DNA of 64,000 bases, from assembly GCA_017654855.1 (NCBI GenBank), contig CM030332.1, positions 3,658,001 to 3,722,000 on the forward strand, in the 5' to 3' direction. Under the pieces are notes generated by a model. It was not told where the DNA came from. It saw only the letters and a program-made list of their open reading frames with translations, and did no database searches. This document shows, piece after piece, positions 1-12,783 of this stretch (its first letter is position 1; every line of letters begins with the position of its first letter). The DNA is from Podospora anserina (lineage: Eukaryota). A program made the position numbers and the translations under genes.

Positions 1-2250
1 GTACCCCTATGTCTTTGAGCGTGTCAAGCAGAAGGTCAAGGATGGCCAGTTCCACCCCATCGGCGGCAGCTGGGTTGAGCACGACACCAACCTGCCCAGC
101 GGCGAGTCTCTTGTCCGTCAGTTCGTGTACGGCCAGCGCTTTTTCGAGGAAAACTTTGGGAAGCGCTGTCAGACCTTCTGGCTGCCCGACACCTTTGGAT
201 ACTCCAGCCAGCTCCCTCAACTGTGTCGGCTGGCCGGCATGACGCGCTTCCTCACCCAGAAGCTCAGCTGGAACAACATCAACAAGTTCCCGCACACCAC
301 CTTCAACTGGGTTGCTCTGGATGGCTCACAGGTGATATGCCACATGCCGCCGGCTGAAACATACACGGCGGAGGCCCACTTCGGCGATGTCAAGCGTAGC
401 ATGTCGCAGCACAAGTCTCTTGACCAGGACCCGACCTCGCTTCTTGTTTTTGGAAAGGGAGACGGTGGCGGCGGTCCTACCTGGCAGCATCTCGAGAAGC
501 TCCGCCGCGCTCGTGGTATCAGCGACACGGTAGGCCTTCTCCCTCGGGTGCACATGGGCAGCTCAGTCGATGACTTCTTCCATCACCTCGAAGCCAAGGG
601 CGACAAGCTCGTGACGTGGTATGGCGAGCTGTACTTTGAATTGCACCGCGGAACATACACCACTCAGTCCAACAACAAGCGCAACAACCGCAGAGCCGAA
701 GATGCGCTCCGTGCTGTCGAGCTGCTGGCTACCATTGCCTCGATCGAGGGACACTGCGCCTATCCCAAGAAGGAGATTGATGAGATGTGGGAGTCGGTTC
801 TTCTTTGTCAGTTCCACGACTGCTTGCCCGGAAGCTCGATTGAGATGTGCTATCATGATTCTGATGAGGTGAGGGATCTGAATTTGCATAGCGAGATGGT
901 TGCTGACACGATGTGCAGATTTACAAGAAGGTTTTCGAGACCGCCGAGAAGATTCTCGGCGAGGCTACAGGCCTCCGTGAAGCCACCGCCGATGCTGTCA
1001 CGTCAAACACTGGTGTGGCATTCACCTCGCTTCCGTGGTCGCGTCACGAGATAGTCGAGCTTGCCGATGGCGAGCTTGCCGTCGCTTCCGGCCCAGGCCC
1101 CTTTATGAAACTTCGGCCTTTCTCCCTTGAGAGCGAGGAAACGCTGGTGACGCTCGAACAGCCATCCCCGGATGTGTTTGTGCTCCAGAACACCCAGTTG
1201 AAGGTCAAGCTCGAGAGCGGCCTCATCACATCGCTCTACGACCTGAAGGCCAACCGAGAGATCATTCCCAAGGGACAGAAGGCCAACCGATACGTCATTT
1301 TTGACGACAAGCCTCTGTACTGGCAGGCTTGGGATGTCGAGGTGTTCCATCTCGACAGCCGCAAGGAGCTCTCGACTTCTGAGACCAAGGTTCATGAGCA
1401 GAAGAAGCACCGCGTCAGCGTCATTACCAAGACCAAGATCAGCGACAAGAGCTACATCGAGACGGTGATTAGTCTTTCGGCGTGCTCTCCCAACCAACAG
1501 TCGTTCGTCGAGGTCAGCAGCAAGGTGGAGTGGCACGAGACGATGAAGTTTCTCAAGGTTGAGTTTCCCGTGGATATCCGCAACACGGAAGCGAGCTATG
1601 AAACCCAGTTTGGTATCGTGCGGAGGCCTACTCACTACAATACGAGCTGGGACATGGCCAAGTTTGAGGTTTGCTCGCATCGGTTTGCGGATTTGTCGGA
1701 GCATGGCTATGGTGTTTCTGTTTTGAACGACTGCAAGTATGGGTTTGCCACGAGCGGGAACCTGATGAGGCTGTCGCTGCTGAGGAGCTCCAAGGCGCCT
1801 GATGCGCATGCTGATATGGGAACTCATCACATCCGGTGGGGAATTTTGCCGCATCAGGGGGGGCTGAGCCATGTAACTGTGAGGAAGGGGTACGAGTTTA
1901 ATAACCCGCTCAAGATTTTTGAGGTGGAGAGCCTGGGGGATGTGAAGAGTTGGTTGCGGACGAGGAGGGTGTGGTTGGACAGCGAGTCGGATGAGGGGTT
2001 GGTGCTGGACACGGTCAAGAGGGGGGAGGATGATGAGAAGACGGGGGAGGAGAATGTGATTTTGAGAATGTATGACAGTCTTGGGGGGCTGGCGAGGGGT
2101 AGGGTGAAGAGTGTGTGGGGGATCAAGAGGGTGACCAAGGTGAATTTGCTGGAGGATGAGGTTGAGGAGGTGGAGGTGGATGGGGATGGGTTTGGTGTTG
2201 AGCTGAAGGCTTTTGAGGTGGCGACTTACAAGTTGGAGTTGGACCATTAA
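1..2250 (+). CDS. AMS1: Vacuolar/cytosolic alpha-mannosidase (GH38), 5'-partial; intron 869-918
   Basis: Frame from nt 2 reads ...[58 protein letters not shown] (GH38 motifs). A GTGAGG...GCTGAC...CAG intron joins ORFs 125-1054 and 913-2250. Confidence 0.95.
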
Positions 2251-3442
2251 GGAGACCGTCTTGTATGGTTGGGCGAGGTGATTTTTTTTGGACTGTTTTG
2301 TTTTGAGATTGTGCGAAGAGTGGTGTTATCGGGTTATGAGATTCGAGATTTTGATTTTAGGTCTCGAGAGTTTAATTGAAGAATGGTTATCACGCTTCAA
2401 GTTGCTTGAGGAGTGCCAGTGGCAGCAACGTCTCAAGGAATCAATCACCATCAACCCCTTCCCTCCGAAAGTATGAGCTCAACACGCGACACACATCCCC
2501 CAATTCTCAGGGATGTGGCTACAAATCTCAGAGCAACTATCAATTGGGGACGCCCGAGAGGTGTACTTGGATTGAGCAGACTTATCTTTGGAACAGCAAG
2601 CAGCATGCATGAGAGCAGTGATCCTGAATTCCATCGCACTTCGTTGTCGACCTCACCGCACACGCAATTTTGCGAGAAAGGGATCGAGGTCTGTAAACCG
2701 TGGTCAAGCAAGTCACTCAAAGTCAAGCATCATCATCGCTTCCATAACAATTTCACATTCCCTACTTCCTACTTCCTACCCCGCTCTCCCTCCTTCCCCA
2801 TCTATTGTATTCACCGATATCCCCTTTCTAAAACGCCAAAATTCAGAAATCAAACCCCCCATTTCAGCACCCCCCCTCGCCATTTCCACACCAAACAACA
2901 AACAAAACTCTTCTCCCTTCCCTCCCCCCCCTACCCCCCCCCCCTTTTCACTTAGGAGTCGCTCCAAGATTCACCCCCTCTCCTCCCCCCCCTCCACCCA
3001 CCAAAGAAAACCTCAGAACATAAAAAGCGACACAAATAAACCAAGTAAAAAAAAAAAAGAGCCTCTTGTTTTAGGTATAACATCAACCAAACAAAGAGAG
3101 CCTTGCCCCCCATCCCATCCATCCCATGTCTTTCCAGCCCATGCAAATATTTGTTTGTTTGAGAAAGAAGAAAGAAAAATAAAACATTTTTCTCATGCTC
3201 ACCACCCTCCACACCGTCCATCAAAAAACACCCTTCAAAAGGGGCTATATCATGAAGCAAGGAAAGAGACTTTTTTTTTTTTTTGTTTTTGCAAAAATGT
3301 CCGCATCCAAGATGCAGTAATCAATAATCTTGAGCTACTGCGGGTATGGATATATGTCTTGGTGTGTGTGACTTTTTTGCAGAAAAAAAAAAAAAAAAAA
3401 ACTCCAGTCTCCCCAAATCACATCAACCTCCCCCGCCCCCCC

Positions 3443-4886
3443 TTACTGCGAAGCGCACTGTACGCGCTCGGCATGCGGGTGCCCATCATCCTCGTCCTCA
3501 TCCATGGCAGTGGCCCCGCCAAAGCCACCCTTGGAGCTGGCGTCCACATCCTCGATATCAGCCGGTTCCGTCATGGCATTAGCAGGGGGTGTGTTGATGA
3601 TCTCCGGCGATGGGAGGCACTTCCGAAGGGCCTCAAAGGCGGCCTCGTCTTGAGTCCAGCCCTTCTCGGGGAATTTGACGCTGAATCGGATGTACATGTT
3701 GCCAAAGTCGTGGTGGCGGTATGATGGCATACCTTGCCCGCGGATCATCTTCACGGTGCCTTTAAATCGTGTTAGACAGACGTTCTTAACCAACAGACAC
3801 CAGTCAAAACTTACCAGGTGAGATAGCCTCGCCAGGCAGAATGTCAACACTCAACCACCTCTCATCAAGGTGCTCGATGTAAATTGTTCCACCAGCAAGA
3901 GCCGTTACGAGATCAATCTCGGCGTTGTAGAGCAGGTCGTCCTCCTTGCGCTCGAAGCGAGGGTGTGGCTTCTGCTCAATCTGGAAAACGACATCACCCG
4001 CAAGGATGCCTGGCGCTTGGTCACCCTCACCACGGAATTCCACCTTGGTACCGCTTCTCACGCCACGGTCAACGTGGACATGGAGAACCTTCCTGTCAAC
4101 CACCGTCTTCTTGCCCATGCACCCTCTGCACCTGTCCTTCTCCTTGACAAGTTCACCCTCGCCGTTGCAGTCTGGGCAAACGGTCTGGAAGCGTTGGATC
4201 ATGGGACCCATCTGGCGCATCATAGTCTTCATACCGTGACCGTCGCAAGTTGTGCACTTGCGAACGGCACCTTCCTTGCCACCGCGACCCTCGCACTTGG
4301 GGCAGATGATGGAGCGCTGAAGGGCAAGCTTGGAGACCTTGCCGCGGTAAATGTCCTCGAGGGAGACGTTGTGAACGTGGTGGATGGTCTTGGCCTTGCT
4401 TGGCCCGCGATTCTGCGTGCCGCCGCCGAACATGCCACCAAGACCACCGCCGAAGCCGCCGGAACCAAAGAACTGGGCAAACAGATCCTCAGCAGCCATG
4501 CCGCCACCGCCGCCGGCACCGCCCTCAAGACCAGCCTCGCCATACTGGTCGTAGATCTGGCGTTTTTGTGGGTCGGAAAGAATCTCGTAAGCATGTGAAA
4601 CCTCCTTGAACTTGTGCTCGGCCTCCGGGTTGTTGGGGTTCTTGTCTAGACAACAAAGTCAGTCATGCTACAGCAACCTGCCACTGTGCCAGCAACAACT
4701 ACATACCTGGGTGGAACTTGAGGGCGGAAATCTTGTACGCCTTCTTCAACTCCTGCTCCGTCGCATTTGGCGAGACCTGCAGCACCAATCATGTCAGAAA
4801 CTCTACATGCTTTCCTCAAAAATCCGAGATGGCATTCTGGGATTCCTTACGCCAAGGATCTCGTAGTATTTCGCTTCCTTAACCAT
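3443..4886 (-). CDS. YDJ1: Type I Hsp40/DnaJ co-chaperone (Ydj1/Mas5); introns ~4777-4850, 4646-4706, 3760-3814
   Basis: Spliced N-terminus [12 protein letters not shown]...FHPDK (HPD J-domain), G/F region, four CxxCxGxG/K zinc-finger repeats, C-terminal CaaX box CASQ. Confidence 0.96.
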
Positions 4887-7193
4887 GTTTGCGGTTGGAT
4901 CTGATTGTATCGAAAAGGAAACAACAGCTTGCTGTCTCGATTCGGCGGATGACGCTTAGTAAAAAGGGTTTCCTTCCGAGAAAGCTGAAATGGCCAATAA
5001 AGTTAGCAAAGATGTTGGGCACTTTCCCAAAAGATATGGCGCAATAGAGTAAAGTTGGGAAGAGCAAAGAAAGCCACAGGCCAAAGAGGTCTTCTTGAAC
5101 TTTCTGAAGTGAAAAGCGGTGGGGGGATAGGTGGGCAACTGGCAAAGCCAACCGTTTAAAAACAAAAAAAAACAGGGCGCCCAGAGTATGTGTATGCCGT
5201 ACCCCCGAGGCTGTGTAAGCTTTCTGCTGGGCCGCTGGCAAGACCGGGCTTGGTGGCTGCCAGGAAAAACCGATAGAGTTGGATGTGTGTGTTGGAAGTG
5301 GAAAGAAGGAAAACCTACAGTCTGCTTTGGAATTTTGCGCTCGCCGATTTTGCGCAAATGCGTCAAACTCTCTTGAACTTCTTCTTCTCAAAGTTGCCCG
5401 ATTTTGTTGTCGCAGCAAGCAAGAATTTGTCACTATCGCAGGTGTAGGAAATAGCCGAGCCCTTCTGCTGAGTCGTCGGTTTGTTCGTTCGTTGACTTTC
5501 GTATCTTCTGGGGAAGAAAACAAAGGGTTGGGGTGGGGTTGTTGTTTGCGTTGGACCTTTTTCGAGGCGCCAGTTGGTCAAGTAAGTTAAAATGAACTTC
5601 GTCCTTTAAGAAACTGATCGCAAGGAGAGGGGTCCTGTCCAAGGGGAATATGAGCAAGGGCAGATTGGGGTGGGAAAGAGGGCGGCAGAAGAGGCTGAAA
5701 TTCTTCCCCCAAGCCCAGGCGTTGCCTTCCCTCCACTCCCCTCCTGATGGAATTCCATCGAAGACTCTAGAGTGTGGCTGGTGCTGTTAGTGCAGTACTT
5801 TCCAGTAATCCCCCCTTGTCAGGCCCCAAAAGCCGCATGCATTATAGGCCCGTGCACTGCTTGAGCAGCGGCAACACTGACAGGTAAGGGGTACCCATCT
5901 ATCTAATTCTGTAGAAATCCCAGTGCTGCGCCGATGCGCATGGAAACCGAACAATATCTATCTAGCGGGAGGCTTCTGCGTTCAGGAAGCCTGGTCACTC
6001 TTCAACCCCTCCAAACTGTGGCTTGAAAGGAAGAACCCAGGGTCTTCTGTCGTCACCCTCCCACACTCCCTTCCCCCACCCAACCATCCGCCACACCACC
6101 CACAAGGGATCCTCCTCCGCATCGGCGCCGGCGAACGGGGGAATCTTTTTTTAGTGAAGCGAAAGGGAAATCCCATGGCAGCTGCAAAGTCCCAGAACAC
6201 ATGTGCGCGCACGTACTTTATCATGACATGACATAATCGTGAGAATTTCTCCAGGTTTCCAGGGTTCTCTCACCAGGTAGTCTACAGGTTTGTAAGTCAA
6301 CTCGGAACTGACCAGCAGGGAAATAGAGCGCTTACCTAGTTAGTGTACACTACCCTACATGCATCTTTTGGAATTCCCAGATCACGGAATCTTACCGAAA
6401 CTCACATGCATTGATCGCCCCTCTCCGTTCTCGGGCGAAGAAAGGCAAAACCCACCTACCTCGCTGGCGGGTCGGAGAGCCATGGCAATAATGCCATTTG
6501 CCTGGCTATAGGGTGTCAGGCTGCATCACTTTCACGTAACAGGACCCAAGAAGCGTGAGCATGAAGCATATTTGTCCACAGTTATTGATATTTATTATCA
6601 CACTCGCCATAACATCTCTCCCATCTCTCCCTCCCCCTCAACCACACAACAGAACCGCCCAGTGCCTATGCATACCTCCCTCCCCAACCAGAGCAATATA
6701 ATGTTGAAAACAACACCATTGACAAAACCCCCCTTCCATGCTTTGCTTTGTTGAAACCACCACCTCCCCCAATGTAGACCTGCCTGCCAATACCCTATGC
6801 CACGATATACAAAAACACCCCCCTTGTCAAAAACACCCCTCCCCCCTTTTTATAAAACTCCCTCAAACACCACCAACCCTTCTCCCCCCCCAAAAAAAAC
6901 AAGACAAGAAAAAGGCCCATTCCAGACCCCACACCGCAGTTTTATATACCATTCACTCCAATCACGCTCAAACAAACAACAACCCAGAACATGTAAAAAG
7001 AAAATAAAAATAAAAACTCAATAAACGCTCTTTCCCGCTCTAACAAACCCTCAGAAGCCCTTTTTTTCCCCGCTACCCATCTCCCCCGAATGTGTTCCCC
7101 CTCAAAATATACACTATATATTACACTCCCCTGTCTACCCACTCCTTCTTCCTCCCCCCATAAAACCCCCTCCTCCTCGGCCACTAACCCCCC

Positions 7194-10100
7194 CTAAGAA
7201 AGCAAATTCCTCAACGAAGGACTAGCACTAGCCCCACTCGCCCTCGGCTCCCTGTTCGGAGGCGGTAGGCTCGGCTCTCTCAACGGCGGCGGGCTTTGAT
7301 GCACATGTCCCCCCCAGTGCGGCCCCCCCTGCCTCAGATAATTCGGCTGCGGCTGCGGCTCCATCATATGATGCTGCGGTGGCGGCGGACGCATATGCTC
7401 GACATGATGACCATACCCATTCATCACCGGCGGCGGCTGGTGAGGTCCACTCGTCCTCCTAGGCGGTGATGACCCTCCTCCGTTCAGCCCTACCCCGTTC
7501 CTATAAGGCGAGTGCATTATCCCGTTGTGGGGTGGTGGTCCAGGCGGTGGGCCAATTGTCTGGATCGGTGGTGGACGGAGGTGGTTTGGTGGTGGTGCCA
7601 GGGGTGGCATACTCAGTGGGGGAGGGGTCGGGCCGCGGTGGTGGTTCTCGCGGTGGTGGTTCTCGCGGGGGTGGTTGAGTAGAGGTGACATGTTATTTGG
7701 GTGGGCAGAGGCTCGGGGCCAGTCGCTGTAGCCCCTGTTTGCTGGGGCGTACTCGGGCGGTGGAGGTTGGACGGGCAGTCCTCTCGGGACGATGGTGGGC
7801 GGAAGAGGAGGTGGTTGCACCGCCTGTGACTGGACGGCTACTGGTGGAGGGATCAGTTGGGGAGCAGTCGGACCTGGTAAAGGAGCTTGTAGCTGCGGTG
7901 GTGGCTGAACCACGGGCGGAGGACCCGACGCAGAATGCATCGGGGGAGGTGACCAGGTCCTGTAGGAGTTGATACTGGGGTGACGAGGCTCGGTAGGGCC
8001 ACCGATAGGAACAACAGCCGGTGGTGCTTGCGAAGCCTGCCGGACCGGCTTGGGTGGTGGCGTAGGCTCTCTTTTGAGCTGCGGATGAGGATTCGGCTGG
8101 CGACCCAACTTCTTGCACTTGTGACACTGGAAACTGCGTTGTTCCACGAACTTTTGCGCCTCGGAGCCCAGGTTCCCGAAGTACCCGTTGGTGAGCCCGC
8201 GTTCCTGTTCCTGATTGATCGGGTGCCACTTGGGACTGACATCCGTGGCGCAGGTAAGACAGATCTTGCCGTTCTGTTGCATCGACGGTGCGTCCTCCAT
8301 TGGCGCATCCCCGTTGAGAATGTGCGAGATGGAGTTGTTGATCAGAGATGCCCGGCGGTTGACGTGATGCGAAGGCGTGGATGGCGATGTCGAAACCTTG
8401 GACGTGACAGCGATCTGGTTGGCTTTCTTGGCGCATCCCTTCAGCGCTGTATCGGCCTGTTTGTAGTTCTGGACATACAGCTGCAGAGCAGTCGTCCCGT
8501 TTTCCGCCACAATGTCGTGCATTCGGTAGATAGCCGTCTTGGTAGGCAAGTGCTCCTTGCAATAGACAACCGCCGACATAGTTCCAGCGTCCCCATTGAT
8601 GCTGACAATATTGTGCTGATCGCGTCTCGAGCCCTTGACAGGCGTGATGTCAAAACCCAGAGCATAACCTGCCTGGTGAGCACACTCGACGTGGACAGAA
8701 GCGCGGCACTGGTGGCAAGACACACAAGCTCCTCCGTCTCTCTTGCAAGCCTTGCAAATCTCAGCAAACTTCGCCCTCGGGATCGTGGGAATTCCTTCAG
8801 CAGGACACAGCGCCTTTGCGCTACCGAACTTGACCTCCGGTGTCCAGACCGCGCATGTGACGTGCACCCAATTGTTATCGGTCGTGCACTTCAGGGGCTC
8901 GCGAGGGTTGACAGGCCGATTCATCTCCTCCTGCTTCTTGCGGTAAAAGTCGGCCGCTTTTTGCGCATTTTCGCGCTCCATCCTGTCTCTTTCTCTTTCC
9001 TTCTCCGTTTTCTTCTTGTGAGAGATTTTGGGCGGCTCGACAAAGTCATGGTGGGTATACTCATGTGGGCAAAGCACGCACTTGTAGTCCTAGATACACA
9101 AGTTAACATCAATTGCACCTTTGCAATCAAACCTGAGCAAAACTTACAATAGCGACCTGCGGGTTCTTGTCATTGGCACACATGTCGCATGTCCACTTTC
9201 CAGGAGGTCTGTTGTCCAGCACACCGTAGCAACTCCGGTGAACCGTCAAGCGGCACTCTCTGCAGCACAGATGCTGATTACCCATGGGCTCCATCTCAAG
9301 GCAAATAGCACAAGGCAGCGTCCGCGGCTTGGGCATTTCCGGGACGGGAGGTGGCGGTGGAGGTGGTTTCTCAACCGCCTTCTCCTTCTTCTTGGAGATC
9401 GGAGCATTGACCACACTACCCGACTCAGAAGCGGTCTGATCAGCATCCTTGTCGGGAATACTCTTGAGCTTCTTGCGAGGCGGTTCCTTATCCGTCGGTT
9501 GGGCGCTGAAAGAGCGTCCCGGGCTCGCAGTAGCAGCCGGATCGGGGGTGCGATATCGAATATTGTTGGCCATCTCCTCAGCCGCCAACAACTCCTTGTA
9601 AAGATCCTCGTCCACCTTCTTCCGCCATCCGCGACCTCCCGTCTGGGCCACCTTCTTCGCAACCTCTTCAACATCCTCCCACTGGATAGCATAACGTCTC
9701 CACAGCTCGGCGCATCGTCGACAGAGCGCCTGGATGCATTGATCCTTCTTGTCCTTGTTAGCGCCACGGCCACCATTCTCGGTGACCGCGGATACAGCAG
9801 CAGCCGGCGCTCTCCGCCACTGGCGAGAGTTTTTGGTGCCGCAAAACTTGCACAGGAAGCCTCTCTTCTTCTCCTTGGCCTTCTCCGTGTCGAACGCCGA
9901 GTCATCGTGAACATCAGCAACGTCGTCAGCCAGCTTGTTGGCAGCCGCCTCGGCCTTTTTGGCATCTTTCTTGCCCTTACGTCCGGAAAAATTGCCCCAA
10001 ACTTGCTTGCCGCGGTCTGTCTTTTTCCAAGTGTAGTAGTATCTGACGACGGTAGCTGGTTTCAACGTCTTGACGTGCTTCATGACGAGATGCAACTCGG

Positions 10101-12783
10101 AGCCATATTTGGCCACGCCCTCTTCGAACTTCTTCTGCTCTGCTGGGGTCAAATCTGGCTCTTTGAAATCTTCTTTCGGCACCTTGGGAAGTGTCCTGAG
10201 GGCCTTTTCGGCATTGAAATCGAACTTGAAAAGAAGATCTCTCGCCACATCCTGGAGATTGGTGGATTGTTTCGGTACACCAAGCGAGACGGCCATAGAT
10301 CTGGCGGTGTCCATGTAATCATCGATGGCAGCATCAGGCATTTCCTTTCCAACCTTGGCCGGCTCCTTCCAGAGGGTGGTGACTGTCTCGTCGCCGCCGC
10401 GCTCGATATACCCTGGCGGAGTGTCTTGAACCCATTTTGGGCGCTTCTCCTTCTCGATCCGCTCAGCTTCCAAGAGAGCCTGCTGTTCCTTGGTGAGCTT
10501 GTTGCTGCCCTTGCCACTTTTCTTGAACTCTAGAGGCTTGACATATTCCACCGGTCTCCCGGGCCAAGGACCCACGACAGCTTGATGTTTCAAACCCAGT
10601 CTGGTGCTGGCACGGGGAAAGATGCGGTCGTCCAGATCGAGAGCGTCCTCCACCTTGCAATGCATGCCAAAGTAGCGATATGGCCAGAGACTAGCATGGT
10701 ATATCTGCTCTGCGGTAGGCGGCTGCCGGGTTTCATCCGAAGCAGGGCTTGTCCGGCTGGTGCGGCCAGTCTGCACACCATCGACACCACCCATCTCCTC
10801 GTCCTCATCGTCGAGGAGCTCATCGTCTTCGCCATCACGACCACCGTCGGCGAGACCAGGAGTGTTGCGACCTTCAAGCCTGCGCTCGTGTGCTCTACTG
10901 CAGGCGGCGCAGGACCAGGCAAAGCCACGACTGGGTTTCTTGAGCAAGGGTGGTTTGACACAGTTCATGTGGTACGTGTGTTGGCACACGGCACAGTCGA
11001 CCGAATCGTTGCTGGTTGATGTGTCAGCATTTCAAGATACTTTGGTACAAGTTATAGCTCTCCACTTTAATCGCTTTTTTGGTGCATGCACGGGGGTGCG
11101 GTCCTATTGGGTCACGCCAGGGAACCCCATTGGTCCCGCGCCCCGGTGCGAACGAACCACGACCACCTCACACTCACCCCCCCCCGCGCCAAAATGGAAA
11201 ATGGGAAAGGCTCGGGGAAAAAGGAAACAAAACTTACTTTGCGCAGTACGTAACGCACCGCTTGCACGTCTTGACGGCACTCGTCAACTCCTTGCCGCGG
11301 CCCTGCTCCGTCAGGACGTACTTCCAGTGCTCGTCCAGCACCTTCTTGACATGCTCGGGCACGTTGATGACCTGCTTCGTCGGGATCACCTCGTAGTTCT
11401 TTTGGATGTAGCGATCATAAAGCTTCTCGTACCAGAAACAGTCGGGCGCCCGCTTGTAAGCAGCCAGGTCCTTGATCTCCGCCTTGTGGCGGATCTGGCA
11501 CTTGCCGCGGAGTGAGGTCAACGGGCTGATGTCCGAGTGCATCGTGGCAAAGACCAGGCGCGTGTCTTGCACCTTGCGGCCAATGTCCTTTGGTCGGTAG
11601 TACCAATTGACGCGGATTGCGTCTATTGGCAGGCTGGTGTCATTCTTGACGTGCAAGAACTCCATGATGCGGCCAATGTAATAGGGCTCCCCCGGAGGCT
11701 CACAGACCAGGTAGACGTGATCTGCATGTCTGTGTCAGAAGTGAAATGTCGTCCAAATTTCCCGGTATCCGACTCACCTTCTTTTTGCAGCACAGTCCCG
11801 TCGTCGGCTATCATCTTGCCGTCCTTTGTCGGCCGCGACTTGCAGTTTTCAAAAGTGAGCATGTTCGTCTCACCGTAGCCAGGCGCGCCAGGAGTCGCAC
11901 TTCCGCCATCCATCGAGCGTGATGCCGTCCCCGCGAGTCGCTGATGAACAGCCGCCGCTAGCAATGAGGTCGAAGCTCCATTGGTCCCGGACGGGGTCTG
12001 GCTTCCGCTGGGAGTCGAGGCATCAGCAGCCGGAGCCGCCGCAGAAGTAGCTTTTCGCTTCTTGCCTTTGTGACTGTTTGAGGTCGAATTGCCATTAGTT
12101 TTGTTTGCCGTGTTTGTCGACGTCGTAGATGATGGAGTCGGGTGAGAATCCTTGGTGCCATTTGTGGTGGCCGTGGTTTGCCTGCTCTCATCGGGCAGAG
12201 GCTTTCGTGAAGATGCATTGCCGGAGCGCGGGGCTGTTTGGCCTGCATTGGCTGCTGGTGGTGCTTGTGATGATGACGATGTCGCACCGGCTTCTTGTGG
12301 TATTGGTGGTTCTAGATGTTGCTGCTTTGATGATGGGGCTTTCTTTGAGTCGGTGTCCTTTTTGTTGGTGTGCTCAAACAGTTCCATGTCGATGTCCCTG
12401 TCCTCGGCATAATTTGGGCGCGCAGCACCAGTGCGATTTCGAGATCGCGTGCCGTAGGGAGAGGCCTTCTCACCGGCATCTTTGGCGGCGGCCGAAGCCG
12501 AAGACTTCTCCATGGGCTGTGGTGATTCCGATTTTGTGGTGCTCGCCGTGGAGGACGACGAGCGAGATGAATTGGGGAGGTTGCTCATGGTAGGCGGTGG
12601 AGGGTGATCCGTGGATGTGGATGAGACCGGGCCGCCCAAGTTAGTATTAGAGTTGGCGACTGTTGCTCCCGCGCCGTCCTTGGCGGACGAGGACGAGGAG
12701 GGAGTGGCCGAACTGGTAGAAATTGCAGATTGCGCCTGGTCCTCAGACTGCTGCTGCTGCTTCACACCACTTTTCTGTGCCAT
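7194..12783 (-). CDS. SNT2: BAH, PHD and SANT/ELM2 chromatin protein, Snt2-like; at least 3 introns
   Basis: BAH segment (WYYRPKDI...FATMHSDISPLTSLRGKC), PHD1 (YHMNCVKPPL...WSCAAC), SANT (FEEGVAKYGSEL), PHD2 (CAIC...VHRSCYG...WTCDMC), extended PHD (WVHVTCAVW...VHVECA), Pro-rich tail. ATG at 12783 gives MAQKSG. Confidence 0.9.

Noticed and set aside
1003-2247. Long antisense ORFs (also 7980-9152, 9121-10533, 36721-37398, 62455-63270)
   Set aside because: They are shadows of GC3-biased real genes on the opposite strand and have no recognisable motifs.
2588-3724. 378-aa plus-strand ORF
   Set aside because: It runs through poly-A/poly-C tracts of the YDJ1 3' region and antisense to YDJ1; low-complexity artefact.
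5745-5775. Possible heat-shock element upstream of YDJ1 (GAAGACTCTAGAG)
   Set aside because: It is only a degenerate match to nGAAnnTTCnnGAAn and cannot be supported from sequence alone.
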